Positions 1 through 7,833 of a DNA stretch of 64,000 nucleotides are shown in pieces. The notes under the pieces are model-generated. The model saw nothing but the letters and a program-made list of their open reading frames with translations, was not told the DNA's origin and ran no database searches. The stretch covers positions 15,408-79,407 of the forward strand of contig CAYGOC010000008.1 in assembly GCA_964351495.1 (NCBI GenBank), written 5' to 3'. This stretch comes from an uncultured bacterium (GTDB taxonomy: Bacteria; Chlamydiota; Chlamydiia; Chlamydiales; SM23-39). Made by a program: the position numbers and the translations under genes. Position 1 is the stretch's first letter, and each line of letters opens with the position of its first letter.

Positions 1-1
1 G

Positions 2-562
2 AAACAATCTTTGTTTAAGCTTCCTATGAAAAAGGTACGTCTTGAGATAGTTTCCGAAGGGATTGGAGAGATTTCTGAGTCTGATATAGAGCTAGCTGCT
101 GCTTCAAAAGCGGTTATTTTAGGATTTCATACTAATTTAGAAACTAGAGCAGAGCCTTTGAAAAAACAAAAAGGGGTTTCTGTAAAAATCCACGACATAA
201 TCTACCATGCGGTAGAAGACATTAGAAACAGCATGATTGATCGCTTAGATAAAATCCCGGAGGAAAAAGACACGGGGAAAGCGAAGGTAAAAGCTATTTT
301 TAAAGCATCCCACTTAGGAAATATTGCAGGATGTCAAGTAACAGAAGGGACTATCCATAGAAACCATTTAGCAAGACTTTCTCGAGGTAAAGAAATCTTA
401 TGGAAGGGAAAAATTGCTTCTTTAAAAAGAGTAAAAGAGGATGTAAAAGAGGTACAAAAAGGGACCGAGTGCGGAATCTTATTAGAAGGATTTAACGAAG
501 TAGCTGTTGATGATCTAATTGAAGCTTATGAAATAATTTATCACACCCAGACACTAGAATGA
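2..562 (+). CDS. infB: translation initiation factor IF-2, C-terminal part (5-prime end lies upstream of the window)
   Basis: The frame is open from the window edge. The sequence is a typical IF-2 C-terminal domain (KAIFKASHLGNIAGCQVTEG, ECGILLEGFN). It is followed by rbfA-truB in the classic operon order, with an ATGA stop/start overlap with rbfA. Confidence 0.9.
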   Translation, partial: KQSLFKLPMKKVRLEIVSEGIGEISESDIELAAASKAVILGFHTNLETRAEPLKKQKGVSVKIHDIIYHAVEDIRNSMIDRLDKIPEEKDTGKAKVKAIFKASHLGNIAGCQVTEGTIHRNHLARLSRGKEILWKGKIASLKRVKEDVKEVQKGTECGILLEGFNEVAVDDLIEAYEIIYHTQTLE

Positions 563-933
563 AAAAAAAACGAGTAGAAAAAGTAAACTCTCTTTTAAGA
601 GAGGTAATCTCTGATGTGATTACCAAACAGGTGAAAAACCCCCATGTAACCGGCTTAATTTCTGTAGTAGACGTTTCTGTTACAGCTGACTTAAGGCAAG
701 CCAAGGTTTTTATCAGTGTAATTGGTAAAGAGGAACAAAAAAAAGAAACTATTGAAGCTTTAAACTCTGCCGCAGGTTTTATTTCCGTACAAGCTTCCAA
801 ACAAGTAGATCTTCGTTATTTTCCCTCTCTTATTTTCTATCTAGACACTACCGTAGATACGCACATCCGAATTGGGGAGCTTTTAGATCAAATCCACCAA
901 AATCCTCCCTCTGATGACTCCTCTGTTGAATAG
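559..933 (+). CDS. rbfA: ribosome-binding factor A
   Basis: 124 aa. RbfA-like sequence (RVEKVNSLLREVISDVI, VTGLISVVDVSVTADLRQAKVFISV, LRYFPSLIFYLD). Sits between infB and truB. Confidence 0.9.
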   Translation: MKKKRVEKVNSLLREVISDVITKQVKNPHVTGLISVVDVSVTADLRQAKVFISVIGKEEQKKETIEALNSAAGFISVQASKQVDLRYFPSLIFYLDTTVDTHIRIGELLDQIHQNPPSDDSSVE

Positions 934-1612
934 CTCTTGCGAAGGGCTTTTGTTAGTAAACAAGTCTCCTTCTTTTTCTTCTTTTTATTTAGTAAAACTT
1001 CTCAGAAGGCTCACAAAGGTGCAAAAAATTGGTCATGCAGGCACTTTAGATCCTTTAGCGGAAGGACTCATGCTTCTTTTAATAGGAAAAAAAGCAACAA
1101 AAAAGACACTTCAGTTTATCCATTTTGATAAAGACTATGAAGCTACTATTTTTTTAGGGAAAAGCACAGAAACCTACGATAATGAGGGAGAAATCACCTC
1201 TACCTCTTCTAAAATACCCTCTTTAGAAGAAATTCAAGCCGTTTTAGAAACCTCTTTTCAAGGAGAAATCCTCCAAGTCCCTCCTATGTATTCTGCTAAG
1301 AAGGTCCAGGGAAAAAAGCTTTACGAACTGGCAAGAAAAAAGATCTCCCTCTCTCTTCCCCCTTCTACAGTAAAAGTAAAAACTACCCTTGTAGAGTATA
1401 ACTATCCCTATCTAAAACTTTTCATTACTTGTTCTAAAGGAACCTATATTCGCTCTATTGCCCACGATTTAGGGGAGCTTTTAGGCTCTAAAGGATATCT
1501 TTTTCATTTAATCCGTACTAGAATAGGTCCTTATGTATTAGAAAATTCAGTAGGACAAAAAGAGCTAAATGAAAATAATGCTTGGCAGAGTCATATTCAG
1601 AAAGTGCCGTGA
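914..1612 (+). CDS. truB: tRNA pseudouridine-55 synthase TruB
   Basis: 232 aa. TruB motifs GLLLVNKSPSFSSF and the catalytic-Asp motif HAGTLDPLAEGLMLLLIG. Conserved operon position. Confidence 0.9.
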   Translation: MTPLLNSSCEGLLLVNKSPSFSSFYLVKLLRRLTKVQKIGHAGTLDPLAEGLMLLLIGKKATKKTLQFIHFDKDYEATIFLGKSTETYDNEGEITSTSSKIPSLEEIQAVLETSFQGEILQVPPMYSAKKVQGKKLYELARKKISLSLPPSTVKVKTTLVEYNYPYLKLFITCSKGTYIRSIAHDLGELLGSKGYLFHLIRTRIGPYVLENSVGQKELNENNAWQSHIQKVP

Positions 1613-2361
1613 TTATTTATAAAAATTTAGATGTCCCCTTAATAAAAGAGGCAGAAAGTGTGACCATCGGGTTTTTTGATGGAGTTCACTTAGGACACCA
1701 AGCTCTTTTACAAGCTTTACAAAAAGAAAAAAACAAGGGCAAAAGCGCTCTTATAACTTTTCTAAATCATCCCCTTTCTTTTTTTACAAAAAAATCTCCC
1801 CCCTTAATTTACCCTTTATCGCAAAAGCTCTCTATTTTAGAAGAGTATGGGATTGATTTTATATTTTTACTCCCCTTTGAAAAAACTTTAGCAAACACCT
1901 CTTATACTACCTTTCTACAAAAGATCCATGCTGTGTTCCCTTTTAAAAAACTCCTTTTAGGGAAAAACTCCCTTTTTGGCAAAAACCGAGAGGGAAATGA
2001 AGCTGCTGTAAAAGCTTTCGTTTCTTCTCTTAAGGCTGAGTCCTATTATCTCGATCTTGCTAAAAATCAAGAAGAGATTATCTCTAGCACTAAAATTAGA
2101 CAGGAAATAGCAAAAAAGAACTTTCCTTTAGTGGAGAAGCTATTAGGAAGAAAATACTCTATCTGGCTAGAAGACTGGCATTTTCTACAGGAGAATAGAG
2201 CCTCTTTTTACGCCTCTAATTTATCTCTTCCCCCTCCCGGAAAATATACCTGCTCAAAAAAGGCTTTTTCCATAACCATCTCTTCGGAGAAAAATATAGA
2301 GATTTATCCTTTTTCAGAAGCCTTGTCTCTTCCTTTAGAAATTTTTTTAAAATCTTTGTAA
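1582..2361 (+). CDS. ribF: FAD synthetase (RibF family) with a shortened, degenerate riboflavin-kinase module
   Basis: The N-terminal FMN adenylyltransferase motifs GFFDGVHLGHQALL and ISSTKIRQEI are present. After LLGRKYSI only about 70 aa remain and no GxPTAN kinase motif is visible. The start is TTG and uncertain, and the ORF overlaps the end of truB. Confidence 0.75.
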   Translation: MAESYSESAVIIYKNLDVPLIKEAESVTIGFFDGVHLGHQALLQALQKEKNKGKSALITFLNHPLSFFTKKSPPLIYPLSQKLSILEEYGIDFIFLLPFEKTLANTSYTTFLQKIHAVFPFKKLLLGKNSLFGKNREGNEAAVKAFVSSLKAESYYLDLAKNQEEIISSTKIRQEIAKKNFPLVEKLLGRKYSIWLEDWHFLQENRASFYASNLSLPPPGKYTCSKKAFSITISSEKNIEIYPFSEALSLPLEIFLKSL

Positions 2362-2428
2362 ATCCTTTTTCTCTTAAAAGTTTGCGTAAAAAATGCTATC
2401 CTTGATGGGACAGCGAAAAGGAGCTTTC

Positions 2429-3526
2429 ATGAAAAATGGGTTATCGTGCGGTATTGTAGGCCTTCCTAATGTGGGAAAGTCCACTTTATTTAATGCTCTT
2501 ACCAAAAACCAAATAGCAGCAGAAAACTATCCTTTTTGCACCATAGAACCCAATGAAGGCGTGGTTCCTCTTGTTGATGAGAGATTGCAAAAATTAGGAG
2601 AACTATCCAAAAGCAAACAGATTATTTTCGCTTTAGTTACCTTTTTTGATATTGCAGGCCTTGTGAAGGGAGCCTCTGAAGGAGAAGGTCTGGGCAATCA
2701 GTTTCTAGCTCATATCCGGGAAACCGATGCTATTTTACATGTAGTGCGCTGTTTTGAAGAGGAAAGCGTTCTGCATGTTCATGGAAAAATGGATCCCATT
2801 TCTGATATAGAAGTGATTCAGCTAGAGCTGATTTTAGCTGATTTACAAATGGGAGAAAATATCCTTACTAAGCTAGAAAAGCAAGCAAAAGGAAAAAAAG
2901 AAGCTCCCCTTGCCATTCAAACATTAAAAAAAGCTATAGACCACTTAAATAAAAATATACCTCTTCGCTCTTTAAGCCTTTCAGAGGAAGAACAAGAAGC
3001 TTTGAAGCCGTATCCTTTTATCACACAAAAAAAGATGCTCTATGTTCTTAACGTATCTGAAAAAGATCTTCCTTCCATGGAAAATGAATATACAAAACAA
3101 GTAGAAGCGTATGCAAAAAAAGAAGGAGCAGAAACCATTACTATCTGTGCTAAATTAGAAGAAGAAGTCGCACAATTAGAATCTCATGAGATAGCTCCTT
3201 TTTTACAAGAACTAGGTCTCCAAGAGACAGGATTAAACCGTCTTGTCCGAAAAGCCTTCGCGCTTTTAGACCTGATTACCTTTATTACCACAGGAGAAAT
3301 GGAAACTAGGGCTTGGACTATCCGAAAAGGAACTAAAGCCCCTGAAGCTGCAGGCAAAATCCATACTGACTTACAAGAAAAATTCATCCGGGCAGAGGTT
3401 GTTACCTATGAAGATTACCTCCTTTTTTCCGGAAGAAGCAAAGCCAAAGAAAAAGGAAAAGCTCGTATGGAAGGGAAAGAGTACGTGGTACAAGATGGGG
3501 ATGTCATCTTATTTTTTCATAGTTAA
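2429..3526 (+). CDS. ychF: ribosome-binding ATPase YchF (Obg-family GTPase)
   Basis: GIVGLPNVGKSTLFNALT P-loop, AENYPFCTIEPNEG, and a C-terminal TGS-like region (EKFIRAEV, QDGDVILF). I chose the ATG at 2429 because an AAAGGAG Shine-Dalgarno lies 5-6 nt upstream. The ORF track begins at 2393. Confidence 0.9.
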   Translation: MKNGLSCGIVGLPNVGKSTLFNALTKNQIAAENYPFCTIEPNEGVVPLVDERLQKLGELSKSKQIIFALVTFFDIAGLVKGASEGEGLGNQFLAHIRETDAILHVVRCFEEESVLHVHGKMDPISDIEVIQLELILADLQMGENILTKLEKQAKGKKEAPLAIQTLKKAIDHLNKNIPLRSLSLSEEEQEALKPYPFITQKKMLYVLNVSEKDLPSMENEYTKQVEAYAKKEGAETITICAKLEEEVAQLESHEIAPFLQELGLQETGLNRLVRKAFALLDLITFITTGEMETRAWTIRKGTKAPEAAGKIHTDLQEKFIRAEVVTYEDYLLFSGRSKAKEKGKARMEGKEYVVQDGDVILFFHS

Positions 3527-3610
3527 AACCTCCTCTATTTAGAAATCCATTGGCAAAAAAAAGAGCATCCGAAACTATAAGGAAGAGATACTCTTCATTA
3601 TTTTACGTTT

Positions 3611-4681
3611 ATGGCAGAAAAAACCGAAAAGGCAACTCCTAAAAAGCTACGAGACGCTCGTAAAAAAGGACAAGTAGCAAAATCGCAAGATTTTCCTTCT
3701 GCAGCCACTTTTATTACCTCTATAGTTGCCACTCTTTTTGCCGCTACCTACATATATACAAGCTGTTCTTCTTTTATTATAAATTCCTTTCGTTTTGTAA
3801 GGGATCAGTCGGACAACCCCATGAGGCTTATATTTCTTTTAAAAGCCTCTTTAGAAACAATATTAATAGTTAGTTTTCCTATTTTAATAGTGGTAGTGTT
3901 TGTTGGAGTTTTAACCAATTTCTTAGTGATAGGCCCGGTTTTTTCTTTTGAACCCATGAAATTTAATTTAAAAAAACTCAATCCTGTAGAGGGGTTAAAA
4001 CAAAAATTTAAGCTAAAAGTCTTAGTGGAGCTTTTAAAATCGTTAGCCAAGATCTTAGGGGCTGCTATTATTATATATTATACTATCAAAGCTATGATCC
4101 CGGAAGCCTTAAGCACCGTTGCTATGCCTGTTTTTGGATCTGCCGCTGTTTTGGGGGATTTTTTACAAAAAGTTACCATTCGGGTAGGAATCTTTTTTTT
4201 CTTGATAGCCCTATTTGATCTTTTTTTCCAAAGAAGAGTCTTTAATAAAGAGATGATGATGGAAAAATTTGAGATCAAACAGGAGTATAAAGATACGGAA
4301 GGAGACCCGATGATAAAGGGGAAGCGGAAAGAGAAATACCGAGAGATTGCCTATCAAGCGGGCCCTTCTTCTGTAAAAAATGCAAAAGCGATCATCACAA
4401 ACCCAACCCATATTGCAGTAGCCTTGCAATACGAAGAAGAAGACCCTGTTCCGTTGATATTAACTATGGGAGCAGGAATCATTGCAGAAAAAATCATACA
4501 AATTGGAACAGAACATAATGTCCCTATTATGAGAAATCCTCCCTTAGCTAGAGAGCTTTATGCAAGAGGCACTATTTCAGAGTATATCCCGGAAGATACC
4601 TATGAGGCTGTAGCGGAAATATTAAAGTGGATAAAAACACTAGAAGAAGATAAAGATCTAAATTTGGAGATTTTTCAATGA
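3611..4681 (+). CDS. sctU: type III secretion export-apparatus switch protein SctU (YscU/FlhB family)
   Basis: 356 aa. N-terminus MAEKTEKATPKKLRDARKKGQVAKSQD, four hydrophobic segments, and the NPTH autocleavage motif at nt 4400-4411 (ITNPTHIAVAL). ATGA overlap with sctV. Confidence 0.92.
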   Translation: MAEKTEKATPKKLRDARKKGQVAKSQDFPSAATFITSIVATLFAATYIYTSCSSFIINSFRFVRDQSDNPMRLIFLLKASLETILIVSFPILIVVVFVGVLTNFLVIGPVFSFEPMKFNLKKLNPVEGLKQKFKLKVLVELLKSLAKILGAAIIIYYTIKAMIPEALSTVAMPVFGSAAVLGDFLQKVTIRVGIFFFLIALFDLFFQRRVFNKEMMMEKFEIKQEYKDTEGDPMIKGKRKEKYREIAYQAGPSSVKNAKAIITNPTHIAVALQYEEEDPVPLILTMGAGIIAEKIIQIGTEHNVPIMRNPPLARELYARGTISEYIPEDTYEAVAEILKWIKTLEEDKDLNLEIFQ

Positions 4682-6804
4682 ACACCTTTTTCCAAAACCT
4701 GTCCCGCTTTTTAGGAGGAAGTAGAGCTCTTCGCGCTATTTCAGGCTCAAGCGACATTGTATTGGCTTTTGTGATTATCAGCATTTTAATGATGTTGATT
4801 TTTCCGGTTTCTCCTCATGTGATCGATCTGTTAATTGCCGTTAATTTAATGGCTTCTATCTCGATTATCTTCGTGGGTCTTTATATTCAAAAAGCGGTAC
4901 AACTTACCGTTTTTCCCTCTCTTTTACTCCTTACTACCTTGTATAGACTAGGGGTAAACATCTCCTCTACAAGGCAAATTTTGCTTCATGCTAATGCGGG
5001 AAAAATTATCTTCTCCTTTGGAAACTTCGTAGTAGGAGGAAACTATGTAGTGGGAGCGGTGGTATTTTTAATTATTGTTATCGTCCAGTTTATTGTAGTG
5101 ACTAAAGGAGCTGAAAGGGTAGCAGAAGTTGCGGCTAGATTTACTCTTGATGCTATGCCAGGAAAACAGATGAGTATTGATGCGGATCTTCGAGCAGGGA
5201 TCATCGATACCCATCAAGCAAGAGAGCTTCGTTTAGCGCTTAGTAAAGAAAGTCAGCTTTATGGAGCCATGGATGGTGCCATGAAGTTTGTGAAAGGGGA
5301 TGCGATTGCCAGTATCGTTATTGCGTTAATTAACATTATAGGAGGACTCATTATTGGGGTCTCTATGATGGGTATGTCCTTAGGGCAAGCTGCAAAAGTC
5401 TTTTCCCTTCTTTCGATCGGGGATGGTCTCGTTTCTCAAATTCCCTCTGTTATGATTGCAATTACAGCAGGTATTGTAACTACCAGAGTCTCTTCTGAAA
5501 AAAAAGATTCTCACCTTGGAAAAGAGATAGCAGAGCAAATACTAAAGCAACCAAAAGCCCTTATGATATCAGGATCTGTCTTGATTCTTATGGCTTTTGT
5601 TCCGGGATTTCCGGCGATTCCCTTTATTTTACTCTCCATTTTGGTAGGAGTAGCAGGATTTGTGATTTGGTATAACAAAAACCAGGCAAACGCTAAATCT
5701 TTAGTCGGAGCGGGTGCTATTGATACAGGAGTAGAAGGGCATTCTGTTCTTCCCGGAGGCAGGGAGGAATACTCGTTAACCCTTCCTGTTATTTTAGAGG
5801 TAGGAAAAGGCCTTTCTTCTTTGATAAAAAAAGATAGAAACGGAATGACCTTCATAGACCAGATGATCCCCAAAATGAGGCATGCCCTCTATTTGGATTT
5901 AGGAATGCGCTTTCCGGGAGTTCACGTAAGAACTGACTCCCCTATTCTTTTAGAAAATGAGTATGCCATTCATTTAAACGAAGTACCTATAACGAGAGGA
6001 AAGGTATTAAAAAACTTCCTTTTAGTATCGGAATCGGAAGAGCTTTTACAAAGATACCAAATCCCCTTTGAAAAAAAAGATAACATTGCAGGTTTTCCTT
6101 CCATTTGGGTAGAGCAAAGCCACCAAAACCTTCTAGAGGAAGCAGGTATCCGTTTTTGGACACCTTTAGAGGTTATGATCCTCCATCTTTCCAAGTTCTA
6201 CAGACAATATGCAGCAGACTTTTTAGGGCTCCAAGAGGTAAGAGCTATCTTAGAGTTTATGGAAAAATCATTTCCCGAACTAGTCAAGGAGATTACACGC
6301 CTAGTCCCCATGCAAAAACTAACGGAGATTTTTAAAAGGCTTGTCCAAGAACAAATATCGATCAAAGACCTAAGAACTATTTTAGAATCTTTAGGAGAAT
6401 GGGCTCAAATGGAAAAAGATACGGTTCTTTTAACAGAGTATATCCGCTCTTCTTTAAAGAGGTATATATCTTACAAGTACTCTCAAGGGAAAAGCATTCT
6501 TTCTGTGTATATATTGGATCCGGAAATTGAGGATATGATCCGAGGAGCCATTAAACAAACCTCCGGAGGATCTTATTTAGCTTTAGATCCCGATTCTGTT
6601 CAGCTCATTTTACATGCTATGAGAAATACCATTACACCTACCCCAAAAGGAGGGCAGCCCCCTGTCTTAATTACAGAGGTAGATGTAAGACGCTTTGCCA
6701 AGAAGCTTATTGAGGGAGAATTCCCTGACCTTCCTGTAGTCTCCTATAAAGAGATCGTCCCTGAAATCCGGATACAACCTTTAGGTAGAATCCAGCTCTC
6801 CTAA
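4678..6804 (+). CDS. sctV: type III secretion export-gate protein SctV (LcrD/FlhA family)
   Basis: 708 aa. FHIPEP-family sequence (FVVGGNYVVGAVVFLIIVIVQFIVVTKGAERVAEVAARFTLDAMPGKQMSIDADL) and a large cytoplasmic C-terminal domain. Confidence 0.93.
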   Translation: MNTFFQNLSRFLGGSRALRAISGSSDIVLAFVIISILMMLIFPVSPHVIDLLIAVNLMASISIIFVGLYIQKAVQLTVFPSLLLLTTLYRLGVNISSTRQILLHANAGKIIFSFGNFVVGGNYVVGAVVFLIIVIVQFIVVTKGAERVAEVAARFTLDAMPGKQMSIDADLRAGIIDTHQARELRLALSKESQLYGAMDGAMKFVKGDAIASIVIALINIIGGLIIGVSMMGMSLGQAAKVFSLLSIGDGLVSQIPSVMIAITAGIVTTRVSSEKKDSHLGKEIAEQILKQPKALMISGSVLILMAFVPGFPAIPFILLSILVGVAGFVIWYNKNQANAKSLVGAGAIDTGVEGHSVLPGGREEYSLTLPVILEVGKGLSSLIKKDRNGMTFIDQMIPKMRHALYLDLGMRFPGVHVRTDSPILLENEYAIHLNEVPITRGKVLKNFLLVSESEELLQRYQIPFEKKDNIAGFPSIWVEQSHQNLLEEAGIRFWTPLEVMILHLSKFYRQYAADFLGLQEVRAILEFMEKSFPELVKEITRLVPMQKLTEIFKRLVQEQISIKDLRTILESLGEWAQMEKDTVLLTEYIRSSLKRYISYKYSQGKSILSVYILDPEIEDMIRGAIKQTSGGSYLALDPDSVQLILHAMRNTITPTPKGGQPPVLITEVDVRRFAKKLIEGEFPDLPVVSYKEIVPEIRIQPLGRIQLS

Positions 6805-6826
6805 ATAAGATAAAAGGAAAAGTTCC

Positions 6827-6857
6827 TGCAATTTTAATATGCCATGTTAAAATTGCA
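6827..6857. terminator. perfect 11-bp inverted repeat (TGCAATTTTAA-N9-TTAAAATTGCA) 23 nt after the sctV stop. Possible terminator or protein-binding site.
   Basis: Read directly from the sequence. No clear T-tract follows, so a terminator function is uncertain. Confidence 0.3.
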
Positions 6858-6999
6858 AGGGCTATATTTCTTATCACACTTATAATTAATTTGATAAGGT
6901 TTTTAAAAAATCTACTTTTTCATTTTTGTTTATAAAAAGAAAAAAACCTTTGCTTTGACCGAAAACCTTCTTTTGGGGTATAAGAATTGTGCTTTCTAC

Positions 7000-7074
7000 G
7001 GCGATTGTAGCTCAGTTGGTTAGAGCGCTGGATTGTGGTTCCGGAGGTCGCGGGTTCGAGACCCGTCAATCGCC
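7000..7074 (+). tRNA. tRNA-His (anticodon GTG) including the extra G-1
   Basis: Manual cloverleaf: acceptor GCGATTG/CAATCGC, D arm GCTC-AGTTGGTTA-GAGC, anticodon arm CTGGA-TTGTGGT-TCCGG (GTG), T arm GCGGG-TTCGAGA-CCCGT. G at -1 opposite discriminator C is the His identity feature. Confidence 0.9.
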
Positions 7075-7095
7075 CTTTTTCAAATAGAGGTTTTT

Positions 7096-7833
7096 TTGTC
7101 CTATTGGGAAGCAATTTTATTGGGAGCTCTGCAAGGAATCACAGAATTTTTCCCTGTAAGTTCTTCTGCTCATTTGAAAATCTTACGCCTTCTATTTCAT
7201 ATTGATACAACCACGCCTCTTTTCTTTGATTTAGTATGCCACGTAGGAACCCTTCTTTCTTTAGTCTGGTTTTTTAAAAGGGAGCTTATGGAACTTCTTA
7301 TTTCTCCCAGGAAATGGTTTTACTACATTTTGGCTTTAATCCCCCTGGTTTTCACTTATACTTTTTTTAAAAAGGGTCTCTCTTCGTTTTCTCCTTGGTT
7401 TGGATTTTTTTTGATGGGAACGGGGTGTTTATTGTTTTTAGCCTCCTTTACTAAAGAGCGCATTTCGGAAAAAAAATACCGGGATGTGTTATACATCGGC
7501 TTAATGCAGTCTATAGCTTTGGTTCCCGGCCTTTCTAGATCGGGCTCTACTATAGCAGCTGCCTGCTTTCGAGGATGGAAGATGGAAAAAGCGGTTGAGT
7601 TTTCGTTTCTTTTAGCGATTCCTACTGTTTTAGGAGGAATTATTCTAGAAGGATTTCAAGCTTCTAAGGAAAGCTTGACTCTTCCTCTCTCTCATTATTT
7701 TTTAGGCTTTTTTTTCTCTTTTTTTCTTGGCAGTTTTGCGGTACAAAGGATTAGTAGGCTCTCTAAGAAAAGTCTTTTAGGGTTTGCTATATACTGCTTA
7801 AGCATAGGACTTTTTAGTGCGCTCTACTTCTAA
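7096..7833 (+). CDS. uppP: undecaprenyl-diphosphate phosphatase (UppP/BacA)
   Basis: LLGALQGITEFFPVSSSAHL and PGLSRSGSTI motifs, multi-pass membrane protein. The ORF-track start at 7033 lies inside the tRNA-His gene, so I moved the start to the in-frame TTG at 7096. The exact start is uncertain. Confidence 0.82.
   Translation: MSYWEAILLGALQGITEFFPVSSSAHLKILRLLFHIDTTTPLFFDLVCHVGTLLSLVWFFKRELMELLISPRKWFYYILALIPLVFTYTFFKKGLSSFSPWFGFFLMGTGCLLFLASFTKERISEKKYRDVLYIGLMQSIALVPGLSRSGSTIAAACFRGWKMEKAVEFSFLLAIPTVLGGIILEGFQASKESLTLPLSHYFLGFFFSFFLGSFAVQRISRLSKKSLLGFAIYCLSIGLFSALYF

Noticed and set aside
492-800. 102-aa minus-strand ORF overlapping the infB end and rbfA.
   Set aside because: It is antisense to two well-supported genes and has a low-complexity hydrophobic sequence. 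It is a typical shadow ORF in AT-rich DNA.
937-1128. 63-aa plus-strand ORF in an alternative frame inside truB.
   Set aside because: It lies inside truB in another frame, is poly-Phe/Lys low-complexity, and has no independent support.
6920-7114. 64-aa minus-strand ORF, and the 7033 start of the uppP ORF.
   Set aside because: Both overlap the tRNA-His gene (7000-7074). I kept the tRNA and moved the uppP start downstream to 7096.
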